A stretch of DNA of 64,000 nt from an uncultured Prevotellaceae bacterium (GTDB taxonomy: Bacteria; Bacteroidota; Bacteroidia; Bacteroidales; Muribaculaceae). The translations under genes were made by a program, and so were the position numbers. The stretch lies in assembly GCA_947165485.1 (NCBI GenBank), contig CAMVAP010000012.1, forward strand, positions 2,227 to 66,226, read 5' to 3'. The notes under the pieces are model-generated. The model saw only the letters and a list, made by a program, of their open reading frames with translations. It did not search any database and was not told where the DNA came from. Shown piece after piece: positions 9,499 to 19,170 of the stretch. Numbering within the stretch: position 1 is the stretch's first letter; each line of letters opens with the position of its first letter.

Positions 9499-10343
9499 CT
9501 CCTAACCCCATAATGTCGGGCCGCCCACAGGGCAATGGCTAGCGAGGCGATGAGGCTGGCGACGGCAAGCCACGGAAAAGCGCCAGGGGAGGGGAGACCC
9601 AGCGTGTCGCCATATCCCTCGGGAATGTAGCCCCTGCCAGTGAGAAATGACATCACCACGACGGTGGTATTGTTGAGCGTGTGGGCAATGATGGGAGCCC
9701 ACAGGCTGCGGGTCCACACCAGCAGGTAGCCCAGCCATAGCCCCAGCATCATGCGAGGGATGAAACCATAGAACTGCATGTGGATTGCGCTGAAGATAAT
9801 AGCGGTGATCCACACGGCAGCGTGGGTGCCCAGGCGGCTATCCTGCATGGTGCGTTGCATCGCACCGCGAAATAGGGTCTCCTCGCTCAATCCAGCCAGG
9901 AACCCCACAACCAGTGTGCACGCAATCAGCATCCCGACGCTCTTGAAATCCAGCAAGCGGGCAGTGGTCTCGGCTGCCGCTTCCTCCGATCGCTGCATCG
10001 CTTGCTCGATACCGCTCATCCAGGCTGGTAGCGACATGGATTTGTTGAGCTCCACCAGCCAGTTCATGGCAGGGAGTGAAATGATGTAGAACAAGATGAC
10101 GAGGACAATCGCTGTCCATCCTGGCGCTCGGTCCAAGCACATGACGTGCACGGGCCGTTTATAAAATATGGCCATTGCCACCACGGCAGGCACGATAAAA
10201 ACCATGATGTCCTGTATCGTGAGCATGACAAGCAGCTCCTTGCTGGCAAGCAGCACGCTCACAATCGCCCCCAATCCCATGAGACATAACAGGATGAGTA
10301 ACCGTGTACTCAGTTTACAATTGATTTTCCTTTCCATTATCAT
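9492..10343 (-). CDS. CPBP/Abi (CAAX protease-like) intramembrane metalloprotease
   Basis: EETLFRG, FSAIH and HTLNN motifs with multiple TM segments. The TAG stop is supplied by a CTA in the heptamer array. Confidence 0.93.
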   Translation of the reverse strand: MIMERKINCKLSTRLLILLCLMGLGAIVSVLLASKELLVMLTIQDIMVFIVPAVVAMAIFYKRPVHVMCLDRAPGWTAIVLVILFYIISLPAMNWLVELNKSMSLPAWMSGIEQAMQRSEEAAAETTARLLDFKSVGMLIACTLVVGFLAGLSEETLFRGAMQRTMQDSRLGTHAAVWITAIIFSAIHMQFYGFIPRMMLGLWLGYLLVWTRSLWAPIIAHTLNNTTVVVMSFLTGRGYIPEGYGDTLGLPSPGAFPWLAVASLIASLAIALWAARHYGVRSC

Positions 10344-10357
10344 TTTTCATTTTTTTG

Positions 10358-10520
10358 TTTCTAGTTTCTAGTCCCTAGTTGCTGGTTGGCATCCGCAAAC
10401 GCCTAACGCCTAAAACCTAAAACCTAAAGCCTAAAGCCTAAAACCTAAAACCTAAAACCTAACGCCTAAAGCCTAAAGCCTAAACCAAACGCCTAAAACC
10501 TAAAGCCTAAACCAAACGCC
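10358..10520 (-). repeat. Heptamer-array element copy 2 (inverted orientation)
   Basis: Plus strand: TTTCTAG TTTCTAG TCCCTAG units, GTTGGCATCCGCAAA core (10385-10399), then 12 contiguous (G/A)CCTAA(A/C) units (10401-10484) and 3 more interrupted by CCAAAC. Confidence 0.92.
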
Positions 10521-10619
10521 TTTTCGGTTTTTTTGATTTTTTTTATCGCAAAATTAAACATTTTTTCAACAAGCGTGTCTAAATGACAAAACAATAATCA
10601 TTTTAATCCCTATAGAACT

Positions 10620-11225
10620 ATGAAGAATATCCTTATAGCAATCACGGTGGCGCTGGTCGCATCCTTGAACGCTGCGGCTCAGACCAATCCCGAAATCGAT
10701 ATAGAAACCAATGAGGTTGAGTTACAGGTGATTAATCCCGCTGAGCCCGTCAAGGAAACCAAGCAGGAAATAAAAGAACGCGAGAAAAAGTTGCGCGAAC
10801 TCAACGATGATGTGGCCTTTGCCAAGGCTGCCAATTCCCTGCGCCGCGGTTACTTTGTTCTGCTGGCCGAGAACATCCAGATCGGACGCAACTCCTACCG
10901 CCACTATGGCATCAACGAGCAGTCCAACTTCATTCTTGTCCAGAACACCGATGGCATTATCCAGTTTGCCCTGAACACGGGATCGCCTGGCATCAATGGT
11001 CTGGGAGGCTGGACCGGAAAGGGAGAAGTCAGGGATAAACGCATCACCTATGCCGACAATGGCGACGTGTTCATGCAGTTTAACGTGGTCAGCTCCAAGG
11101 TCAATGCCCAGGTGTACATCACCCTCTTCCACAACAGCAATTATGCCATTGCCGAGATCACAGGAGGAACCAATATCACCATGCGAGGCAAGATCCAGCC
11201 TTACCGCGACAAGAACCACCGTTAA
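10620..11225 (+). CDS. DUF4251-like exported protein
   Basis: Signal peptide; FVLLAENI..GR...NEQSNFI and Q.ALNTGSPGINGLGGWTGKG match the DUF4251 pattern as recalled. Confidence 0.75.
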   Translation: MKNILIAITVALVASLNAAAQTNPEIDIETNEVELQVINPAEPVKETKQEIKEREKKLRELNDDVAFAKAANSLRRGYFVLLAENIQIGRNSYRHYGINEQSNFILVQNTDGIIQFALNTGSPGINGLGGWTGKGEVRDKRITYADNGDVFMQFNVVSSKVNAQVYITLFHNSNYAIAEITGGTNITMRGKIQPYRDKNHR

Positions 11226-11227
11226 GG

Positions 11228-11409
11228 CTTTTTAGGCCTTTTAGGTTTTAGGCTTTAGGTTTTAGGCTTTAGGTGTTTGCGGATGCCAACTAGGGACTAG
11301 AAACTAACAACTAGAAACTAACAACTAACAACTAGAAACTAACAACTAGAAACTAATAACTAATAACTAATAACTAATAACTAATAACTAATAACTAACA
11401 ACTAACAAC
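11228..11409 (+). repeat. Heptamer-array element copy 3
   Basis: About 6 (T/C)TTTAGG units, TTTGCGGATGCCAAC core (11276-11290), then 17 contiguous TAGGGAC/TAGAAAC/TAACAAC/TAATAAC units (11291-11409). Confidence 0.92.
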
Positions 11410-11485
11410 TCTTATAAACGTACTATTATATTATTAATAGATTGATGCCGGTAATAGATGGTAGCTCATGATGAGCATGTAGTCC

Positions 11486-11535
11486 GCACCCCGCAATTTC
11501 GGTAGGAAAATGAAGCGGGGTGCAATTTTTTTTTG
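11486..11535 (+). terminator. Terminator-like hairpin upstream of the secreted-protein gene
   Basis: GCACCCCGC (11486-11494) / GCGGGGTGC (11515-11523) followed by a long T run. Confidence 0.5.
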
Positions 11536-11713
11536 TTTTTTTTCTTTATTGTATTAAAGAAATGAAGTATTTTTGCCACTTGACTTGGAGTTTGTAGCTT
11601 TGTGGGGGCGTTATGCGAAACCCTGTACACACCTTATACATGCCGACTCAACAAGTTTCGATCAACTGGACTGTGTTTATTTTCTTAATAATAATTTTTT
11701 AAAATTCAAGTGT

Positions 11714-13303
11714 ATGAAGAAGATTTTTACTCTTGTGGCAATGGCCATATTTGCCTTTGGCACAATGATGGCAGGTTGGCAACCTAGTGACACCGAGGCA
11801 ACACGCCTCGACAAGGAAGGAGCCGAAGGGCAAGTGCAGATGAAGACCATCCACACCGATGATGGAAAAATCATCCTCAGCTGGTTGCGACCCGAGCGTG
11901 TTAACGAAGTGTTCTCCTACACCTTGCACTTGCAACTGTTTGATGCTGCTGGCAATCCCCAGTTTGGTGATGAGGGCATTGTGGTGTGTGACAAGGCCAC
12001 CAGATCATGGACAACCGACTATTCGTTGGCGATGGCCGACAATGGGGACATCCTTCTGGCTTACAACGATTCCCGCAATGATGCTGGCGATGGCGAGGTG
12101 ACCGAGGTGTACCTCTATCGTTACAACCAGCAGGGTGAGCCCGTGTGGGATCCCGACGGTATCTTGTTCTCCTCTTGGATGCTCGATCAAGAGGCTTATA
12201 TGGCCGAGGACGTCGCTCCGCAAATCTGTGTTAGTGGCGAGAACATCTATGTAGCTGTATCTCATGTCGAGTATCCCAACTACACGACCCACTGGGAGGT
12301 GATCCGCGTCAATGATGACGGCACCGTAGCTCCCACGATGCCCACCGCCATCGCTTGCAGAATGCTTGTCACCCGTCCTGCTCCCGATGGTTCACTGTAT
12401 TGCGTCTATGAGAATGCCAACCTCGGCTTTGACGCGATGAGGCTGGACGAGGACCTTGTTGGCATGTGGGACGAGCCCATCACTATCGAGGAAAGGGTGA
12501 TCTCCAACGGTCGTTATGTGCCCACCCCTATCGCACAAACCGATGACGAGGGTGGCTTGTTCCTCTCCTATAGGGTGCTGGAAAGCTTCACTGGATATCA
12601 GGTGCTCAATTACCTGACCCCAGAGGGCGCATTCCTTGCCGAGGCGCCTAGCTGCAATGGCAGCATCGATGGCGATGCGGGTACCGCAGCCATTGGCGTC
12701 AAGGATGATATGGCATTTGTGGCATGGGAATACGACTTTGGCAACTTCTTCATGAATGTCAACGTGTTAGATGCTGCTGGTGGTTACTGCTGGCCCGACG
12801 AGTCGGCTCTGGGTCGCTCGCTGGACGAGAATGACATGTGGGGCTTCACTCCCGTCAAGGTCATCCCGCAGGAGAATGGATGGGTTCTCCTCTATGGCAA
12901 CAGCACGAGCTGGAATGGTGCCAAGTTTATGGTTGTTAAGCTCGATGAACTCGGCGTAGAGGTGTGGAGAAAGCAGATTGGCGAGGACGAATTCAAGTCA
13001 AGCGGCTTCTCGGTTGCTTATGATGAGAAATATGCCTACATCTTCTTCACCCAGGAAGAGCAGTATGACGACAACTGGAATGTGATTCCCGGTTCGAGCG
13101 GCATGTTTGTGATGTGTGTTGACATTGCTGGTGACGAGCCCACGCCTTCGTCGTCGGTTCAGGATGTCGTTGCTGGACAGCCCGTTTCGGTCGAGGTATT
13201 CACCCTCGATGGCAAGCGTGTCAATGAGATGGAGAGCGGTGTTTATATCGTTCGCTCCACCGATGCCAACGGCAACATCACCACTCGCAAGGTGCGCAAG
13301 TAA
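11714..13303 (+). CDS. Secreted protein with repeated beta-propeller-like blades and a T9SS type-A-like C-terminal domain
   Basis: Signal peptide MKKIFTLVAM...; recurring D..G...W blades; C-terminus VFTLDGKRVNEMESGVYIVR...TRKVRK. ATG at 11714. Confidence 0.75.
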   Translation: MKKIFTLVAMAIFAFGTMMAGWQPSDTEATRLDKEGAEGQVQMKTIHTDDGKIILSWLRPERVNEVFSYTLHLQLFDAAGNPQFGDEGIVVCDKATRSWTTDYSLAMADNGDILLAYNDSRNDAGDGEVTEVYLYRYNQQGEPVWDPDGILFSSWMLDQEAYMAEDVAPQICVSGENIYVAVSHVEYPNYTTHWEVIRVNDDGTVAPTMPTAIACRMLVTRPAPDGSLYCVYENANLGFDAMRLDEDLVGMWDEPITIEERVISNGRYVPTPIAQTDDEGGLFLSYRVLESFTGYQVLNYLTPEGAFLAEAPSCNGSIDGDAGTAAIGVKDDMAFVAWEYDFGNFFMNVNVLDAAGGYCWPDESALGRSLDENDMWGFTPVKVIPQENGWVLLYGNSTSWNGAKFMVVKLDELGVEVWRKQIGEDEFKSSGFSVAYDEKYAYIFFTQEEQYDDNWNVIPGSSGMFVMCVDIAGDEPTPSSSVQDVVAGQPVSVEVFTLDGKRVNEMESGVYIVRSTDANGNITTRKVRK

Positions 13304-13342
13304 CGCATTTTTCTCCAAGCCGAGTAATTGATACTTTCTACT

Positions 13343-13389
13343 CAGGCCTTGCCCCCATTTGTTGTGGTGGGCAAGGCCTGTACTTTTTC
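13343..13389 (+). terminator. Intrinsic terminator
   Basis: Perfect 12-bp inverted repeat CAGGCCTTGCCC/GGGCAAGGCCTG followed by TACTTTTTC. Confidence 0.85.
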
Positions 13390-13442
13390 ACTGTGCTTTG
13401 ATTTGTTTTTATTGGGGCTTGAGTGTTTTTTTTTGTTCTTTT

Positions 13443-13474
13443 TTTGCCGCATTTTGTATTATTGTTTATCTTTG
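13443..13474 (+). promoter_or_regulatory. Bacteroidetes sigma-A promoter of the TlpA-Omp28 operon
   Basis: -33 TTTG (13443-13446), 20-nt spacer, -7 TATCTTTG (13467-13474). Confidence 0.75.
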
Positions 13475-13514
13475 CAGGCTGTAGATGATGAAATCACTAA
13501 AAATTTAAGTAGAT

Positions 13515-14003
13515 ATGATGAAAAAGTTATTTGTTACATTGACTGCCCTCGTGATGGCACTTATGGCTCAGGCTCAATTACCCGCGGTCACGCTTAAGAC
13601 TATTGACGGCACAACAGTGCAGAGTGAGACATTGAACAACGACGGCAAGCCGTTTATCATCGACTTCTTTGCCACCTGGTGCAAGCCCTGCAACCGTGAG
13701 TTGTCGGCCATTGCCGAGGTTTATGACGACTGGAAGGAGGAGACGGGAGTCAAGATTTATGCCGTGAGCATCGATCAGGCACAAAACATCAACAAGGTGA
13801 AGCCTCTGGTGGATCAAAACGAGTGGGAATATGAAGTGCTGCTCGATACCAACAGTGAGCTGCTCAAAGCCCTCGGTGGCCAGATGATCCCGTTTGTCGT
13901 TGTGGTAGATGGCAAAGGCAACATTGCGAGCAAGCACAGCGGCTATACCGATGGTGCCGAGAACGAATTGATCGAGGAAGTGCGTAAACTTCTTGCCCAG
14001 TAA
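13515..14003 (+). CDS. TlpA family thiol:disulfide oxidoreductase
   Basis: Signal peptide, IDFFATWCKPC (CxxC) and thioredoxin-fold IPF.VVVD.KG. Confidence 0.93.
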   Translation: MMKKLFVTLTALVMALMAQAQLPAVTLKTIDGTTVQSETLNNDGKPFIIDFFATWCKPCNRELSAIAEVYDDWKEETGVKIYAVSIDQAQNINKVKPLVDQNEWEYEVLLDTNSELLKALGGQMIPFVVVVDGKGNIASKHSGYTDGAENELIEEVRKLLAQ

Positions 14004-14024
14004 TCCCTCTCACCGAGACCAATA

Positions 14025-15677
14025 ATGAATCATAGCAATCTAATACGTCTTGTGCTGCTGGTAATGTCACTGGCAGCATTCCCCGCTCTGGCCCAGATCA
14101 CAGTGAGCGGTAGTGTGCAGAGCGATATCCTCATCCCGCAGGATGACGAGAAAATCGGTACCCAGCATAGCGATGACAAGGTGCTCACCAACACCTATCT
14201 CGACTTGAACCTGGGTAGCAAGTGGGTGGACGCTGGAGCCCGCTTTGAGTTTCTCAAGTATCCGCTGCCTGGCTATGAGCCCGACTTCAAGGGCTGGGGC
14301 GTGCCTCACTTCTATGTCAAGGGGCATTACAAGAATGTGGAACTCACAGCAGGTGACTATTACGAGCAGTTTGGATCGGGATTCGTGCTGCGCACCTACG
14401 AGGAACGCTCGCTAGGTGTGGATAACGCCCTGCGTGGAGCACGTCTCAATTACAAGCCTGTCGATGGTGTGATACTCAAGGCCCTGACGGGCAAGCAGCG
14501 TCGCTATTGGCATCACAACAGCGCCCTGGTGAGTGGTGTGGACCTGGAACTGGGGCTTGATCGGTTTTTCAAGTCGCTTGAGGCTCATGACATGCACATC
14601 ACGCTGGGTGGATCGTGGGTCAACAAGCATGAGAGTGCCGATGATGATGCCATCTTTCTCGATGCCACCCACAAGCTGAATCTGCCCAAGTATGTCAACG
14701 CATGGGATGCACGCATCAACTTGACACACAAGGGATTCTCTGTCCTTGCCGAGTATGCCCAGAAGTCCCAAGACCCATCCTTTGACAATGGTTATCATTA
14801 TGGCAAGGGCAACGTGGCGATGATCAGTATGTCCTATTCCCGCAAGGGAATGAGCGCATTGCTACAGGCCAAGCGCAGCCAGGGCATGTCGTTCCGCAGC
14901 CGTCGCAGCATGAACGGAACTTCCAGTTTCATCAATCACCTGCCTGCTTTCACCCATGACCAGACCTATGCTCTGGCAGCACAGTACCCCTATGCCACCC
15001 AGCCCGAGGGCGAGTGGGCCTTCCAGGGTGAGTTTGGCTACTCGTTCAAGAAGGAAACCACGTTGGGCGGCAAGTATGGCACTAAGTTGAAACTCAACAT
15101 CTCACATGTGCGCGGTATCGCTCGGGACGGGATCAAGAATCCTGTGGCCGAGGGACGCTTGATGGGTAGCGATGGCTACAAGTCCAGATTCTTTGACATG
15201 GGTGACGAGACCTATTATCAAGATATCGATGTACAGATCGAGAAACGCTTTACACGTGACTTCTCCTTGATTTTCATGTACATGAACCAGCATTACAATA
15301 TGACTGTCATCGAGGGACATGGGGGCATGATTAAGAGCAATATCCTGATTGCCGATGGCAAATACCGTTTCTCCCACAAACTGACCCTGCGCTGTGAGTT
15401 GCAATATCAGTTCTGCAAGGGTGATGACGGGGACTGGGCTTTTGGCTTGGCTGAGTTGTCATGGGCTCCCCACTGGATGTTTACCGTCAGCGACACGTGG
15501 AATTGTGGTGAGACGGGTATTCATTACTATCAGTTCCTTGCTACCTATAATCTCAAGTCACACCGCATTCAGGCTGGCTATGGCAAGACCGACGCGGGAT
15601 TCAACTGCTCGGGGGGTGTGTGCCGATGGGTTCCTGCCACCAAGGGTTTCACATTATCCTATAATTACAATTTCTAA
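14025..15677 (+). CDS. DUF6029-like outer-membrane beta-barrel protein
   Basis: Signal peptide, GDYYEQFGSGFVLRTYEERSLGVDNALRG, C-terminal GFNCSGGVCRWVPA..GF.LSYNYNF with terminal Phe. Confidence 0.8.
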   Translation: MNHSNLIRLVLLVMSLAAFPALAQITVSGSVQSDILIPQDDEKIGTQHSDDKVLTNTYLDLNLGSKWVDAGARFEFLKYPLPGYEPDFKGWGVPHFYVKGHYKNVELTAGDYYEQFGSGFVLRTYEERSLGVDNALRGARLNYKPVDGVILKALTGKQRRYWHHNSALVSGVDLELGLDRFFKSLEAHDMHITLGGSWVNKHESADDDAIFLDATHKLNLPKYVNAWDARINLTHKGFSVLAEYAQKSQDPSFDNGYHYGKGNVAMISMSYSRKGMSALLQAKRSQGMSFRSRRSMNGTSSFINHLPAFTHDQTYALAAQYPYATQPEGEWAFQGEFGYSFKKETTLGGKYGTKLKLNISHVRGIARDGIKNPVAEGRLMGSDGYKSRFFDMGDETYYQDIDVQIEKRFTRDFSLIFMYMNQHYNMTVIEGHGGMIKSNILIADGKYRFSHKLTLRCELQYQFCKGDDGDWAFGLAELSWAPHWMFTVSDTWNCGETGIHYYQFLATYNLKSHRIQAGYGKTDAGFNCSGGVCRWVPATKGFTLSYNYNF

Positions 15678-15680
15678 GCG

Positions 15681-16478
15681 ATGAGAAAAATACGTTTGAT
15701 ATTATTGACAGGCATTGCGCTACTGTTAGCCGCTTGTGACGAAGTGGGGGTTAACGACCGTTTGACCTATGTGGAGCCTCCCGAGGTGGGGCGTGCGGTT
15801 CTCATCGAGGATTACACGGGCCAGTATTGTGTGAACTGTCCGCGGGCCACTCAGGAGATAGAGCGTCTCGTTGAGGAGTATGGTGACTCGGTTGTTATCG
15901 CCGTGGCCATCCACTCGGGGCCGTTCTCCAAGCAGAAGGGGACCCCTTCACCGCTTTATACCGAGGTGGGTGATCAGTATTTCACTCGCTGGAACCTGTC
16001 GGCACAACCCGTCGGGCTGATCGATAGGCTGTTTGGCCCCATGCCGTTCAGTTACACCGATTGGGGCGCTGGCGTGAACTATGAGCTGACCAATTCCAAG
16101 GCTTCGGTAGCCTTTGTGACAACCCCAAAGCTCAACGACGGGCGCGATAAGCTCTCGGTCGAGGTGCAGACCATCGGCATGGACTCTGTCCAAGTGGCGG
16201 GCAAGTTGCAGGTGTGGCTGGTCGAGGACAGTATCGACGATTTCCAGTATATGCCTGACGGGACGATCAACGAGCATTACAACCACATGCATGTGCTGCG
16301 CGCCAGCATCAACGACCCCTGGGGCGATGCCATGACTGTGGAACACGGCCAGGTGGTGACCAGGACCTATGACCTCGCGATGGATCCCGCATGGGTGCCC
16401 GAGAATTGTGCGATTGTCACTTTCCTCTATGACGACGATGGCGTCAAACAGGTGACCAAGACCAAATTGATCAATTAA
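15681..16478 (+). CDS. Omp28 family outer-membrane lipoprotein
   Basis: Lipobox LLAAC; VLIEDYTGQYCVNCP CxxC; YNHMHVLRA. Confidence 0.9.
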   Translation: MRKIRLILLTGIALLLAACDEVGVNDRLTYVEPPEVGRAVLIEDYTGQYCVNCPRATQEIERLVEEYGDSVVIAVAIHSGPFSKQKGTPSPLYTEVGDQYFTRWNLSAQPVGLIDRLFGPMPFSYTDWGAGVNYELTNSKASVAFVTTPKLNDGRDKLSVEVQTIGMDSVQVAGKLQVWLVEDSIDDFQYMPDGTINEHYNHMHVLRASINDPWGDAMTVEHGQVVTRTYDLAMDPAWVPENCAIVTFLYDDDGVKQVTKTKLIN

Positions 16479-16496
16479 TCTTAAAAACTTATAATA

Positions 16497-17189
16497 ATGA
16501 AGAAAACGATTACTTTTTTGATGCTTTGCCTGTCGATGGTCGCTGGATCATTGCAGGCTCAGGAAATTGACGAGAGCTTCTTGTTTGTGGACGAGGATGG
16601 AGAAATTATCGAGCACGGATCCACCATCGTCCGCGATGTCGTGGAAATGGGTGGCGATGGACGTGAGTTCATCAATTCGGGACTCTATGTGTTCAACATG
16701 GAAGGCACCGCCAACGATTTTATCAAGGTGCATTACAGCATCGAGCGCATCGATAACGGCTCTTTCCAGATATGCTTCCCGATCACATGCAATACCCAGG
16801 AACAGGTGGGTGTGTATGAAACAGCTGCCGGCCAGTTGATGATGGACTTGCAGGACCTGCAGTCCGAGTGGTTCCCTGTCGCCGATGGCGTGTGCCTGGT
16901 GAATGTTTCGCTTGAGATTCTGGAGAAGACAGGTTCCTTCCCCAACTTCAGCTATGTGCACAAGGCCGACGGACCCGCCATCACCTTGAAGTTTATCAAG
17001 GGTGACGAGCCTGGCCCCGGCCCCGTCATTGTGGATGTGAATGGTGATGGTGAGATCAACATTGCCGACATCAATGCGTTGATCGATATCATCCTGAATG
17101 CTACCTACCAGGCTAGTGCCGACGTTAACCAGGATGGAGAAGTCAACATCGCTGATGTCAATTCGGTAATCGACCTGATCTTGAAGTAA
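16497..17189 (+). CDS. Secreted protein (QICFPITC motif) with C-terminal dockerin
   Basis: Signal peptide; P/G linker; duplicated DVNGDGEINIADINALID / DVNQDGEVNIADVNSVID dockerin repeats. Confidence 0.8.
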   Translation: MKKTITFLMLCLSMVAGSLQAQEIDESFLFVDEDGEIIEHGSTIVRDVVEMGGDGREFINSGLYVFNMEGTANDFIKVHYSIERIDNGSFQICFPITCNTQEQVGVYETAAGQLMMDLQDLQSEWFPVADGVCLVNVSLEILEKTGSFPNFSYVHKADGPAITLKFIKGDEPGPGPVIVDVNGDGEINIADINALIDIILNATYQASADVNQDGEVNIADVNSVIDLILK

Positions 17190-17217
17190 ACTAAACCAAT
17201 GATTAAAAATACATAGT

Positions 17218-19137
17218 ATGAGAAGAACATTACTTGTGATGGTAGTGGCCATGCTGCTGCCATTGTTGACACAGGCTCAAATCGGCAGCCTGTTGAGTTT
17301 TACTAACGCACAGCCCCGCTGGGGCTTCAACCCGCATCTCACCCCGGCGGCAAGAATCGACCTGCCCGCTCATCAAAAGTTGATGGGACATTACAGCAGC
17401 GACAGCATCGCTGACCAGGGCTATGCCATGCTGAGTGCGGGTCTGCAACCCGTTGCCATCATGATGGAACCCGATGAACTGGATGTGTTCCAGGGGGGCA
17501 AGATTGTTGCCATTCGCGTGGGACTTGTCCAGCCTGCCGAGGTTACCAGGGTCTTTGTCATTCCCGTGAAGGCCAATGGCAAGTATGGCGATAAGTCTGA
17601 GTGGCTCTGCGATGTGAATGCCGCTGGATGGAATACGGTAGAACTTGAGACACCCTACGAGATCAATCTCAATGCCGACGAGAAACTGCTGGTGGGCTTC
17701 TATTTCAGGCAGATAGCCGATGCCAGTCCCCTGTCATTTGTCAAGGTGGGTAAGCCCTATGACACCTATACCTATAAAAAGGTGGGTACATCGGCACGAT
17801 GGAGGGAACTGGGCCTCACCGATAACGGCAACCTGAGTGTGCAGTGCATTGTAGAGAAAGAGGATTTTCCTGAATACAGCATTTCCACCTACAACCTGCG
17901 GTCCAATGATTATGTCCAGATTGGTGAAGACTTGCCTTTTGCCCTCGAAGTCAAGAACAAGGGCACCAAGACTGTCGAATCGGGAAAACTCACCGTGAAT
18001 ATGATGATCGACGGTCAGCCCGTGGGTACGGCAACCAATGCCGATGCCTTCAGCGGCGATTACTATACCCTGCTGGCTGGTGCGCCTACCGATGGACTGG
18101 AGTCTGGCGACCATGTGTTGTCGGTCCAGGTGGTTGAGGTGGATGGAGTGGCGCTTGAGAACATGCCCACGTTTGAACATGCTTTCAAGGCCTACCGGCA
18201 AGGCTTCCCCCGCCAGAAACACCTGGTCGAGCAACTCACCTCGACCTATTGCACCTGGTGTCCGCTGGGCAACTCGATGCTCAAGGTGCTCACCTCGCAG
18301 CGCAAGGATGTCATTTGGGTCGGCATCCACGGCAATCTGGGCGGTGTGGATCCCTTTAAGAACAACCAGTGCGATACGATCATGTCCTATCTCACCGGTG
18401 GATCGGTAAGCTATCCCTCGGGTGCATTCGACCGCTCGACGGGTTGGGATTCTCCCACTACAATCGTCTCTAGTCTGGGTTACTATGAGGAATATCACCA
18501 GATGGCAGCCGATGCCTTGGGCGAATTCTTTGATTATGTCAGTGAAGCTCTGCCCACGTTTGTACAGATCAAGGGTGAGTGCCAATTCAATGAGGAAACC
18601 CGTCAGGCGACGGTAAAGGTGAGCGGCGGTATCTCGCCCGACTTCAACCTCATGCTGGGCGAGGACTCCAGGCTCACGGTTTACTTGATTCAGGATAGCC
18701 TTGTCGCTTCTCAGCTCAATCAGGGCACATGGGAACCCAATTATATGCACAATGGTGTGTTCCGCAAGGCTCTGGGCTCGGCTCTGGGCAACCCGCTCAA
18801 TATCACGGGCGATCACTATGAGAATGTCTATACCACAACAATTCCCAGCAGCTGGAATTGGAAGAACATGCGTGCCGTGGCTTTCGTTAGCCGTCCCTTG
18901 TCCAATGCGGTTAATGGCTTCACCGACCTGTTTGTCAACAATGCCGAGGTGTTCTCATTCTATCAAGAGACGATGACTGGAGATGTGAACGGTGATCAAG
19001 AAATCAATATCGCCGACATCAATGCGCTGATCGACATGATCTTGTCGGGTGAGGAACAACCGGTAGCCGACGTGAACGGTGACAGCGAGGTTAACATTGC
19101 CGACATCAATGCCGTCATCGACATGATCCTGCAATAA
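17218..19137 (+). CDS. Omp28-related secreted protein with C-terminal dockerin
   Basis: Signal peptide; LVEQLTSTYCTWCP CxxC; HNGVFRKAL; two dockerin repeats at the C-terminus. Confidence 0.85.
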   Translation: MRRTLLVMVVAMLLPLLTQAQIGSLLSFTNAQPRWGFNPHLTPAARIDLPAHQKLMGHYSSDSIADQGYAMLSAGLQPVAIMMEPDELDVFQGGKIVAIRVGLVQPAEVTRVFVIPVKANGKYGDKSEWLCDVNAAGWNTVELETPYEINLNADEKLLVGFYFRQIADASPLSFVKVGKPYDTYTYKKVGTSARWRELGLTDNGNLSVQCIVEKEDFPEYSISTYNLRSNDYVQIGEDLPFALEVKNKGTKTVESGKLTVNMMIDGQPVGTATNADAFSGDYYTLLAGAPTDGLESGDHVLSVQVVEVDGVALENMPTFEHAFKAYRQGFPRQKHLVEQLTSTYCTWCPLGNSMLKVLTSQRKDVIWVGIHGNLGGVDPFKNNQCDTIMSYLTGGSVSYPSGAFDRSTGWDSPTTIVSSLGYYEEYHQMAADALGEFFDYVSEALPTFVQIKGECQFNEETRQATVKVSGGISPDFNLMLGEDSRLTVYLIQDSLVASQLNQGTWEPNYMHNGVFRKALGSALGNPLNITGDHYENVYTTTIPSSWNWKNMRAVAFVSRPLSNAVNGFTDLFVNNAEVFSFYQETMTGDVNGDQEINIADINALIDMILSGEEQPVADVNGDSEVNIADINAVIDMILQ

Positions 19138-19170
19138 TACGGACGCTGGAATATGAATTTCTGAGGCTTT

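Noticed and set aside
9450-11409. Arrays as possible CRISPR
   Set aside because: Units are 7 bp with no unique spacers, and there are no cas genes.
11573-11713. Longer annotated starts for several ORFs (11573, 3520, 4280, 6491, 34605, 23765, 60495)
   Set aside because: The extensions overlap upstream genes or promoter elements and lack family similarity; downstream ATGs match expected N-termini.
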